In this document: positions 11,307 through 22,369 of the stretch, piece by piece
Position numbering within the stretch: the stretch's first letter is position 1
How the letters are laid out: every line of letters starts with the position of its first letter
Assembly: GCA_040954595.2 (NCBI GenBank)
Contig: CM082577.2
Span: forward strand, 1,612,001-1,676,000
Direction: 5' to 3'
Source of the DNA: Balanoglossus misakiensis
Lineage: Eukaryota; Animalia; Hemichordata
Length of the DNA: 64,000 nucleotides
The notes under the pieces: model-generated
Seen by the model: only the letters and a program-made list of their open reading frames with translations
Database searches by the model: none
What the model was told of the DNA's origin: nothing
Made by a program: the position numbers and the translations under genes

Positions 11307-14143
11307 ATGGAAGGAAAAGTGGCAATCATCACTGGAGGGGCTGAAGGAATTGGGAGAGCCCTGGCGGAGAAATTTCTTCAAGAAAGGGCCAAGGTAAGAT
11401 CACGTGATCAAACACGGTTTTCATTATTATTATATGAATGCCATTATCGTCATTCAAAAAGACAATTGGCGGCAACCTCCAGTGTGTCATGTAGCTGCAC
11501 TACACGACACACTCGTGAACTATAACGACGGACAATCAACAGTGACTCGAAAAAAATGAAGACATGTTAAAATTAAACAAACAATCACACCGTGACACAA
11601 ATACCTTTTAATAACCTTTGCCTCCTTGGCCCTGTCACGCAGAGCCATCCCCCCCCCCCCTGGAGTACAACAACGTAACACTTACAGCACGTGTAGTGAT
11701 CGTGGTCACATATGCAAAGTTAGCCACAGTTTACCATATCAAATAAAAATCTAGCCAATCACAGTTTTTCAGGGGGTGTTACACGTGAAAAAAACCCAAA
11801 GTAAACGAAAGGCAAAGAAGACAGCTGTTATCTTCAACATGTAATTTCAATTCTATTCACTTTTTAATTTATAGACATCCATATGTTGAAAACTAAAACA
11901 TCTTTTTAAATGGAACTTTCCTTTAAAGCTGCAGGTTATCACGACATTCTGTATAAGCCTATACCAGTTACAAAAGCAGGTTTTAATAAGATGTTGCATT
12001 GCACGCCAGAAAATACTATAACGCTTCCCTGAGCCTTCAGACTCCCCCGAGATCTACACAAATCCACCGCTCTCCACCCCTCCCCTTACGATAACCCTTC
12101 CACCGGTCAAAATCGAATAAACACTGGCAAATAGGTCACACGTGGCGATATGACTGAATTAAATCACCATCGTTTTTCCCCGATCAGGGAGTAGCTGTAC
12201 TAGATTTTAACAAAGAGCAGGGGGAAGACACAGTGAAATGTCTGAAAGATGAATATGGTGACGGGAAGGCTGTGTTCATTCACTGTGATGTGACATCTGA
12301 ATCTGACATGAAAGGTAACAAATGCACATCGCTGATGATTATATGATATTAAGAAAACATTATGTACCTCATCGTTTTGTATTGTTTTAGTTTCCAAGTC
12401 GCCATGAGAGCAATTCCAGTTCCTCAGAGATCATATGCAGTCTATCTAGCAACTTACATTTGACAACCCATGTTTCAATCTAGGTGCATTTGAAGAAGTG
12501 AAGAAGACATTTGGATGTTTACACGTTGTGTGTAACAATGCTGGAATCGTGGATGAATTCAACTGGGACAAAATGGTGGAGACGAACCTGGTAGGATTCT
12601 TAACATCTCATTTACTGGTCAAGTACTCAAATGCGACAAATGCATAAAGTTCTAATAATTCCAACATCACCGGGGGGGGGCAAAAACTGTGTCTTGATGC
12701 TATCATGCATTGAAGATTCTAATTCTGCACATTTCTTGCATTAAAACTCTTCCTTTCCCAGAAAGCAGTCATCAGGGGGACCTATCTGGCCGTGGAATAC
12801 ATGGGAACCAAACATGGCGGAGAGGGCGGGATAGTTGTCAACACGGCATCCAATAATGGTAAGGCTCATGCATAAAAATTCGCAGGAAACGCACTGTACA
12901 GTGGCATGCAGTCCATTAAGCTCATTTACTGCAAAACACGCCATTTGTAAAACTACAGACTGTCGATATCCAGAAAACTCAACTATGCATCGTTAGTGCG
13001 CTAAAAGACACTACACACAAGATTGCACACTTCTATTTCTATGTTCAGCCTAAATCATCGGTTTATGATTGCGCTTAAAAATGTTGATCGTTTCAGGTTA
13101 TCAGGTAACTCCATATGTACCAATTTATGGAGCTTGTAAGCATGGCGTTGTTGCCCTGACTAGAAATACTGCTGTGAGTACGATCTATGCAAATTAGTCT
13201 ATCGTATTTCAAATCCCATTCTCGCGAGTCGGAGCTGTTGCCGTAAATAATATTGCAAAATATAAAAAAAATCCCTACCTATCTACCTTATTTTTGAAAA
13301 CCATGTAATCGGAACAGCACATATTTTTTCGGCCTTATAAACAGGGGGAGCCGATGTTTGTGGACAATAAAGTTCGTGTGGCAGCGATTTGTCCAGGCCG
13401 GGTTTTAACCTCCCTGCAAGGCAAGATTAGTATTCGATACCCAGATAAATTACCCGAAGTCCGTTCCCAACTTGGCGAAGTACCGTAAGTTGTGCAATTA
13501 TTTTGGACTCATTTATACATGTGCATCTTTAATTCCAGTATTTTTGGTTTTGTGTATCAAATGCAATTTCTTGCTCTACGCCACACACCATGCTAATATA
13601 CCCAGTGCTCCACCTGTCTGCATAGCCTGTATGTGCACGTGTTTAAAACGGCCATTGTTATTGTTGACAAGTGTATTCTAGTCCGGGCTTAAATTCAAAT
13701 TTTGCACGATGACAATGCTGACTACACATATATGTTGTGTTGATAAGCTAAATGCTGGGCGAATCATCATATTTCATTAATTTGATCAAGACTCTGCAGT
13801 AGGTACACACAACATAAACACTGAAGTCATAGAAAAACTTTACAGCTAAAATAAAGTGTAAGCGTAAAAGGGGAAACACAGAAAAGACATTTGATTGTTC
13901 TTGATATTAAAAAACCAACAAAGCCAAAGCAAGAATCTGGAAGATTTCTTTTTGCGTATTGACGACATGGATTTTTGCACTTTAAAGTGTATTATTTGTG
14001 CTCTGTTTTGGTTTTGTAGAATGTCGTTTGTCACCGATACGGTCATGAAACTGGTCAGAGAACCTGACAAGATGAATGGCGTGATTTGTGCAGTGCTTCC
14101 AGATGATCCCATGAAGATAATAACACTTGCAGATAACCAGTAA
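11307..14143 (+). CDS. HPGD: HPGD-like classical SDR, copy 3 (7 exons, 252 aa)
   Basis: Exons 11307-11393, 12188-12314, 12484-12590, 12762-12858, 13097-13173, 13345-13484, 14020-14143. The frame and catalytic motifs are intact. Confidence 0.9.
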
Positions 14144-14475
14144 ATGAAGACTTCCGCCATCGCGTCTCAGATGGACTATGCCTATGCACTCGTATCGATT
14201 CACAATTATTTCAATCAACTTGACATTTTGTCGCTATATCATGCAATAAGACAAAGCAGGTAGTGTGCGTCTCCGACAAATTCCATCCAGGCACTGATTA
14301 GAACATTTCTGATGCGTGTGTGAAGATACACAAAAGATCAATAAAACCGTGGGTATGTCAACGTCTTTGTATTATTTCAATGTCAACAGCTAAACGTGAT
14401 TTTCAGTTGTCACTTGTGCACCAAGTAATATTTGGGTGAATTATGGTGATTTTATCTTCCGAATTCAGCTCCATG

Positions 14476-14494
14476 CCACCACTGGATGGCGCTG
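14476..14494 (+). promoter_or_regulatory. CTCF-like motif
   Basis: CCACCACTGGATGGCGCTG resembles the CTCF core CCASYAGRKGGCRSY and is nearly identical to the site at 29555. Confidence 0.45.
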
Positions 14495-16208
14495 TGTGGA
14501 GGGACTGTGCCCTGTGTAAATTCGTGCCTATCGGAACAGCGCCATATTAGCTATTGATGAATATATGGGTCAATCGCAAGTTGCTTTTAACGCTATCAGT
14601 TTGTTACAATTGTGTAAGACGAGAATGACACTGAGAATCGTCCTTATATCGTCATTCAAAAACTTAGACATGCCCCCTTTGACCATATACATATATCGGT
14701 ACATGTAAAACAGGGGCGACTATATTCCAGGGTTTGTCAATTTGTGGGGAGGCATCCCAAAACAACTGAACTACCTTAAGTTAAATAAAAGTAAAAAGAG
14801 ACAAACCTACCCGTCCATGCTTCTTGATATCACAGTGAATGACCAGCGCACGTACCGCACGTGTGGAGTCCGAGAACAGCCGCCAACAACTACTGGGATT
14901 CCGAGAGACAGAATTGGTCAACGAAGACAGGTACCGGCACAAGCTCACCACATTGGTTCCTCGGACACGCAGTACCGTCTCCTAATATCGCGCTGACACA
15001 TCTAAAACTCGCTTTAGCGTCGCATCCTCCGTTCTCTGCAACTGCCTGGGTAAAAGACGGGGTCGTTTACACGTGGACTTCCAAGTTTTTATGGAGAAGA
15101 CAAACTGGCGTGGACGACTGAAGGCTTTCATACGACTGAGCTAATTATTCATAAACACCTGGCCACATAGTACACCTGGTCACGCAAAGACAAAACTGGC
15201 TAAGTTCACGAGGTCACGCTAACCGACAGAAACTGTTTTTAGAAAACAGATTAGAATACAACGGAACAATGCCATCGTGAGAGGTTCTATACATAGTGTA
15301 CACCAAAACTGAAGGCTAACCACAGGACTGTGAGGTAACACACACTATACCACCAGATCTAGACAGTTTAGAGAATAATTCTGGATAATTAAGCTGTCAA
15401 TTTTGAGACACCAACAACAAAGCTACTACTATAGAAAGTATGGCCACAACTCTGTGTCTGTGTCACAAGTCTGTGTGCTGCTATATGCTTTCCTTAATTT
15501 CCTACAATCAATTTTGTGTCCGCACCATGATTCAATTGTACGTTATATACAGGCAGTCTAAGGCAGATGCAGAAACCGAAGCAAAATGGATTGGGATAAT
15601 TTAAACGCGAGAAAACCCGATGGATTCAATGAATAGTACTTTGAAATTTTTATATTATGCTGCAAAATGCTATATTGCCATAGAAATGAGTCGGGTTTTC
15701 AAATGTCCCTGATCGTGAATTTGTTTGAGGCCGCTATGCCGGTGATTTGTACTGAATGTAAACTGCTCTTATCGTCTTATCGGCTCAAATAATCTCTCAA
15801 ATGCTATCTCCGTCGACACATTGATGTATGAATTGTTTATTCTTACGATTGGTGTTTACTGCAGCCAACAAACAGAATCAGGCAAAGGTTAGATTTCACC
15901 AAGAGAATCACGTGCCCAGGGATACATAAGGCCACTTGGCAACTTTTTTGGCACATGAGGATGTCGTTCTTGCCGTCTCGATGTAACCTCTGTTCACCTA
16001 TATCAAACAATCATATTCTGTTTAACCGCCAAAAGATATTTTAGCGCGCGTTGACACATCGCTGGTGTTTGAGTCTAGTAAGAGACCGGCCGAGCTCGGG
16101 TGGGTGGGGGGGGGGGGGGCAGATGGACAAGGACACTGGTTGCAGATTGAAAGGCAGTGAGGGGTAGGAATGTACGAAGTAGAAATGGTGGGTTATGTGA
16201 ATTCAATG

Positions 16209-16210
<2 letters not shown>

Positions 16211-16298
<88 letters not shown>

Positions 16299-16330
16299 CA
16301 GAGAGAGAGAGGGAGGGAGGGACAGAGACA
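16211..16330 (+). repeat. (GA)n microsatellite with degenerate purine-rich tail
   Basis: Perfect GA run from about 16211 to 16295, followed by GAGG/GACA variants. Confidence 0.98.
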
Positions 16331-17233
16331 GACAGGCAGAGAATATAGAAAGGAAAGGGGAGACGAAGAGAGACGGGGGAGAAAATAAACTACGTGTGTC
16401 AGTCAGAGAACGCATCCCCATTTCAATAAAATCAAAAGTCCTGTGTTTTTCCGAGGTGAAGTATACAACACCATGCAACCCGATAATTCGTGTTAATTTA
16501 AACTTTATTGATCGATGCAGACTATACTTTCAACGTTTCACATTTCGGGTACATTCTCGCGACACACCACAACTATTCACACTCACTTTTATAAAAAGAA
16601 TCTGGTCTATATACTGTTACAAATAACCACCGGGGATCAGACGAGTAATGCCTCAAAGTGTTCAAATAATTTTGAAATTGTTAGTCAAGTAAATATTTGA
16701 TTTTTCAGTCTTTACAAATTTTACTGAACCGCCAACGGATTGTTGGCGTTGAATGGTTTAAGTAGATGCCTACTCTGTTAATAGTTGCCAGTGTAATACT
16801 TGACGTGAATTGTGTCAGACACAGAATTGTTTTGCCAAAAAGACAAGTGTACGATAGGATATCCGGTTTTCCCAAGTTGGCTACTGTCTGTACTGTTTGA
16901 AGGTAGAAGGTAACACGTATCGGCTAAAACGTATTTTAGTCTTGTTGGAAACAAGACGTGGTGTAGTTCAATTTCGAATATAATCTCAAATATGATAATA
17001 TTTTGTTTATGAAGGTACCTGTCGAAATACCAATACAATCAATATGGATTAAAATCTAATATAGTTTATTATAAAAGTTCAATGGATATTAACGAGGGTA
17101 ACATTATGTATAGAGTTTTGTCGACGGCCTCGGCAACTTTGAATCTTTTGGATTCACGTCATTCGTCGACTCCACGTGTTCGGTGATGATATGACGTCAC
17201 GGATGCTGAAAGGTCAGAGGTCGGTTTAGTCTC

Positions 17234-20200
17234 CTACATTTTTGGAAGAAGATCCATTGTGCTTGGTTTACATTTCACGTTTGCCGTCTTGGTGAACTCT
17301 GGGGGCAGTCTGGACAGCTCGTCGGCCGTGAGAGGGCGGAAGACGCTCTTCAAGCTCTCCTTGGACTCCAGGAAGAAGTCGAAGTATTTCACGCCGGGGT
17401 TGAGAGTCACCTGTGAGGGGGGAAGTCAAAATGGCTCACGTTATTAAGGAAGATGGCTAACCAGATGCAGTGCGTGGTTATCACATTTCATAGCCTTACA
17501 TGTAGTATTTTGAGAAAACGGTGTTACGATAGTGTCATTTTCTTGAAATGTTCACAAAAGGTGCCAAAAGAGGAGTATATTGATGTGGTACGTTATAATG
17601 TTGAATAGTGCACCGATGCGACTTCCATACTTACATGTTTGTTGATGAAGTTCTTGAAGGCGTTTCTGTTCTTATCGGGGTTGTCCACCGAGAAATCTTT
17701 GGTGTCGAAGCGGAGAACCAGTGACTCGGTGCCGCCGACTTCATCGACGTACTTCCCGTTGGTGTAGTAGGCGAGTGCCGGTCTCAAGAAGGCCTGGCAA
17801 TGCTCGTCCACAGGGTATGGCCAGTGAGTGAACGCAACAGAGTCTTTGCCGTATTCTTCAAACCTTCGAAAGAACCAAAAAAGTTAAATGTTTAATAATG
17901 TGACGGGATATCATGCAACATTTATAACCAGTAAAACATTCTGGCAATATGCTACTCAGGTTCCCCTGCTCTTGGTGAAGCAAGTCGACATTTACATTAA
18001 TTCAGGTTGCACTTTGATACCCCCCGCAGTTCAAATCTCACGGCACGAGATGATGAATCGCCGAGAATCTGCTGGCAACGTGAAGACGCTATCGAGAGAC
18101 CCACATATGTACATGTTGTCCTCATCAGTAATCTGCCACAGCACGGGGCTAGGGGGACACTAACCTCTCGAAATTATACTTGAGAACCATGGTGAAGGCA
18201 TGTTTGGCGTTCTTGAACCACTCTTGTTCCATGGCGTAATCCATCGGCAGGTCCGGGAAGTATCTCACCTTTTCCTTGGGGTCTTCAGGAACAATGATGA
18301 CGTCACCCAAGAAGGTGTTCACCTGATAGATACCGGCCTCAGTACTCGCACGTTCTGCGGAGTTGACAAAAAATCACAATATTCAAAATAAAACTGATGC
18401 TGGGTATGTGTTAAAGCACGTATTTATTGGAAGTCCTATACCAAACTATGATATTGTATAGTGTCGCCTCAACGATTTTACCTGTTATGAGGTCAGCGAT
18501 TGGTGAACAGTCACGTGGCAGCATTGTGATTGGGTAAGGGACGTTTTGGTATCTCTCCTCCAGCATGTGATGCATAGTGCGAATGTTGTATCTGAAACCG
18601 TGGATGAATCCGGAGGCAGCCTTGCGGTCGTTGGCCTGCATGGAGGTTCCCATGAAGAACATGTTCTCCACATTGGCCGATTCCCAGTTCGTCTTCAGAA
18701 GTGGATACTTGCCTTCTTTCTTTGTAGCTGCAAAGACGGAAGTCACGATTATCATATATTGTGAGAAAAATAAATTACAGTTAGCAACGCATTTTTACCA
18801 TTTGGACGCCTTTGCGAGAGTTTTGAAAGGCGACGATCGAGCACAACAATGCAAGAAACGTTAATTTACATCACTCGTCAGAAAATTATCACCGTGAAAT
18901 GGTGCGTGAAGTATTCATCGAGCAGATGCACACTATCTTCCAGAATAAGAGGTTGATTAATTTCACATCAGCGCAAATAACTGCTTAATTCTCAAATAAA
19001 AAAAAACAGTCTAAAACCCAGACTCGTATGTTTTCTTCCCTTTGCTCAGCGAAAAACGACAACACTTGTCTGGATTCTAGACTTAGAAACACCGCGATAA
19101 CCCAAATCACACACGCAGACAGACAGACAGACACACACACACACACTTACCCGGCATGCAGTTGTCAGAAAAGAGTGACAGGTCGACGTAATTCCACCCG
19201 GTGCAAACAATGATGTGGTCGTACTGCTTGGAGTCGCCGAAGACACCTGGAGGGTCCCAGTGAAGCGCCAAGTCTTCGAACCTGACCTCGATCTTGTCGC
19301 CCACCTTCTTGAACTCCAGGGGCTCGATTCCCAGGTAGGAGTGCAGGGACTTCAGTTGGTACATGTCCAGAATCGTGTTGTTGACGGCGCGCAAATCACC
19401 TGCGAGAGAAAGAGTCGGGAGTGTTAGTGGTAGTAGTAGTGTTGTACTCACCCTGTCTTGTATTATTTTCACTTTTCCCAAATTAAGGCTAAATCACCAG
19501 TGAGAGATCAGCGCTTACAAGAATTACAAAATCCAATTACACCATGTATCACCAATCTATTCGAGTGTTTTGTTTTGTTTTGCTTTGCTTGGATTCGGGT
19601 CTTGCGCGGAGAAACTATATCGTGTTGCAGCAGGAGTTGTAGTTTCAATGTGACGTCATAATAGTTGGTCTGCTTTGCATTCCTGCGTGTATACAAAAAA
19701 ATGTAAAAGAAACTTACCGACAAAATGTGTGTTCCAGGCATGTTTCACCTGCCTTCCGCCCATGATGTGAATATAGGCGGCGCTTCCGGCCAGGTGATTG
19801 GCCACTTCGAAAGCGCTGTTTCCCCTGCCGACCACGCCGACGAGTTTGCCCTCGTATTTCTTGGTGTCGATGTCGTGATTCGCGTAGGTGTCGCAGTGTT
19901 CGATCCCGGGGATGTCGGGGATGCGCTCGGACAGCGCGCCGGTGGCCACGATCAGCACTTTACAGCTGTACTCCCGGCCGTCGGTGGCCTTCAGGTAGAA
20001 GAGCTGCTTCTCGGCATCCGGGCGATCCTCCTTGCTGACGTTGGCCACGCGCGTGCGGTAGATAATCTTGATCTCCAGCTTCTGCGCGAAGTCGTTCATG
20101 TAGCGGACGAGGTCGTCCGCCTGCGGGAAGAGCTCCGTCGAGTATTCGGTGAAGCGGAGGGAGCGGTCGTCCGACAGCAGCGAGTTCCAGTCGTGCCGCA

Positions 20201-21266
20201 TGTTGTACTCGAATTCCGGGAAAGGGTTGAATCGCTTGTTGATGGAAATCAGCAGGCGGTGGCGGGGTTCGTGCGTGAAGAAGTTGCCGGGTCTGTTGCT
20301 CGCCTCCAGGATGACGTAGTCGCGCTTGCTTTTGTTCATGTAGTGACCCATCTGAAGACCGGCCGGGCCGGCTCCGATGATGATAGTCTCGTGATGGACT
20401 GTGGAAAAACCCATAAAAACAGTTGAACAAAACCATTGCGGGTACCTTTCAATGCCGGGTACGGACACACCGTAACTTTGGAGAGCTCCGTTATTACCAA
20501 TAGCATTCAAAAGAAATGTTTCAGTAGTTTTGCACACAAAGGAACTTGACTAATAATCGAAAGCGATTTAAAGAAGAGGGGATACTCTAACAAAAGTTTA
20601 CCCTTTCCATCTGTAGCTGTTTAATTTCATACTGTTCACCATCACGAAATTCAAGCCAGTAATTTGACACTTAGAACTGGATTTCTAAACACCGTTAGGT
20701 GAAGAATGGTCCGAACTTTGGAGTTTGACATAAATAATGAAGCAAACCATAAACCCTTTCGCTCCAGGGTCTATGAGCAAACGCGGTTGCAACCTACTGC
20801 GAATCTCTGTTTTTGATTTACTATAGGCTTTAATTTCACTTTGCGTGTACAAACCAAAAAATAATCCAAAGTTTCGAGCTACTAGCTAGAACGCTTAATT
20901 TGGTTAAAGCATCATCTTTGTTCTATAGACCCACTTGTCTCGAACAGAAAAATATTAAAACGAAAACACCGAACACTTAAGAAATCAGAGAGCTAAAACA
21001 AGAAATCAGAAATCTAAAATACTATAGACATATATTAGCACAAGCAATGGTAAAAAACCAAGTGACGATTCTCGCCATAAACCAAGGGGCCAGAAAAATG
21101 TAGAAACAGTCAAACACATCACCCGCGTCTGCGAAAGTTTTGTAGTGCTAAGAGTTTCTCATAAATTCCCATCATTGCGATTATTTAAGGGGTGATGATG
21201 ACTGCGTCTCGCTCTCATAAAAGCAGTAAAGCCGGATATAAATTTAAAACCGTACTTACTTGGCAT
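17234..21266 (-). CDS. FOXRED2: FAD-dependent oxidoreductase domain-containing protein 2 (FOXRED2/ERFAD)-like flavoprotein, 7 exons, about 592 aa
   Basis: Exons (-) 21266-21260, 20398-19718, 19399-19151, 18727-18482, 18354-18165, 17863-17635, 17410-17234; 1779 nt in frame. Motifs: IIGAGPAGLQMG (FAD), PRHRLLISINKR, RHDWNSLLSDD, VATG, GRGNSAFE (NAD(P)H), WNTHFVGDLRAVNN, LDMYQLKSL, CTGW, GFIHGFRY. The 7-nt first exon (ATGCCAA|gtaagt) is the least certain part. It may be a paralog rather than the ortholog. Confidence 0.88.
19108..19146 (+). repeat. (CA)n/(CAGA)n microsatellite abutting a splice donor
   Basis: cacacacgcagacagacagacagacacacacacacacac lies directly after the donor of FOXRED2-like exon 3. 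Confidence 0.85.
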
Positions 21267-22356
21267 TTTGTTTTGGTGACAAGTTTTGACGCAAGGAGAG
21301 AAATAAATCCGATGGTGACCACAGAGCCTGCAGCCGCCTGTCGTCTACTAGGAGAGTAACTCGCTGACTGTCATCGGTCTGGTCCTTGCAAGAGATCTTA
21401 AGTAGTGCCTTGGCCGGAAATCTGGGTGAAGTACGATCACGTGCAAACGCATGGCATCAGATTGTCCAGCTAGATAAATGGCACTGAGCAGTTGAAAAGG
21501 TTTAGGTACGAAGTTTGATCCCTTGAAAAAAAGAGGCACTGAAAATGTTTAACGAGTTTAGGTACGTACGCCCAACTATATGGGGACGTCAAAATAGGGC
21601 CTACATTGTCTGCAGATCACATGCAAGCATCACAAGAAGCGTTGGCGCGAAGACAATTTATTGCGCTCGACATTAAACGGTACAGATTTCAACAAACAAT
21701 TGAGAGCGTGATGGACATCGCGATTAGGAAGGTCCGTGAACTCGTTTGATCATTGGTCGTGTCACGTCCCCAGGTGTATACAGGAGACCAGATGATAGTG
21801 TTTTGTTCGATTCTTCAGTCTCAAGGTTACACACACTTTTTTCCTATTGCATTCTGGTGATAATGACTGCGAAAACAGACACCCTCAGTAAAGCACGTTA
21901 ATTTTACATGAGATGTTCGTTTGGATGATTGAAAAAACTGCAACATATGTACCACCAATGTTACACCGGAATACACAACAGATTCACCAATCATTTTGCT
22001 CAGTTTTTAAACTGAAGCTTTAGTGGAGAAAATTGCATGTCGTTCATGGCAGCCGGTGAATTTCTGACGTCACTATCAGGCGTTCAAATAAATAGGACCA
22101 TGACAGCAATCTGAACAACAAGTCATGACATCGGGGTCATCAATTTCAAGTTCAACTCAAATACTTTCCACGCAGTCGACCTTCAGAGACGTCTGTGGTA
22201 TCCTCCTATATACACGGTATATAGCTTTCACTTATCGGAAGGATAATGGTAAATTGAAGTCTTGAGACGATGGAAAGTGGTTGCAATTGCTTACTACCAG
22301 TAATAGCTGAGAGATTCGAGAGTCCAACAGGTAGCTGGCCCTGGACTCATAGCTAG

Positions 22357-22369
22357 AGGTCAGAGGTCA
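22357..22369 (+). promoter_or_regulatory. Perfect nuclear-receptor DR1 element
   Basis: AGGTCA-G-AGGTCA about 1.1 kb upstream of the FOXRED2-like ATG. A near-DR1 (AGGTCAGAGGTCG) also lies just past its stop codon at about 17211-17223. Confidence 0.45.

Larger units (their letters stand above)
7287..14143 (+). repeat. Recent tandem segmental duplication (unit about 3.2-3.6 kb): 7287-10443 resembles 10444-14019
   Basis: Non-coding sequence is near-identical: 3' flank 7411-7800 vs 10568-10960; promoter and intron 1 8000-8780 vs 11140-12150; introns 3-5 9213-9985 vs 12591-13344. Confidence 0.92.

Noticed and set aside
14805-15170. CpG-rich segment ending ATGGACGG|gtaggt on the - strand, a possible first exon antisense to SDR copy 3
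   Set aside because: No downstream exons or protein similarity were found; transcript data would be needed.
16157-16478. ER/RE/SL-repeat ORFs
   Set aside because: They are translations of the (GA)n microsatellite.
19725-20436. 233-aa antisense ORF and 158-aa alternate-frame ORF
   Set aside because: These are shadows of the GC-rich FOXRED2-like exon 2 and show no recognisable motifs.
20399-20537. N-terminal extension MCKTTETFLL... of the 293-aa ORF as a possible leader peptide
   Set aside because: It lies upstream of a clear pyrimidine-rich acceptor (ttttccacag), starts at a non-ATG codon and lacks a hydrophobic signal core, so it was treated as intron.
17234-21266. Assigning the flavoprotein as a halogenase
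   Set aside because: Only the general dinucleotide-binding architecture is shared. No halogenase-specific motif could be identified, so this remains an untested hypothesis.
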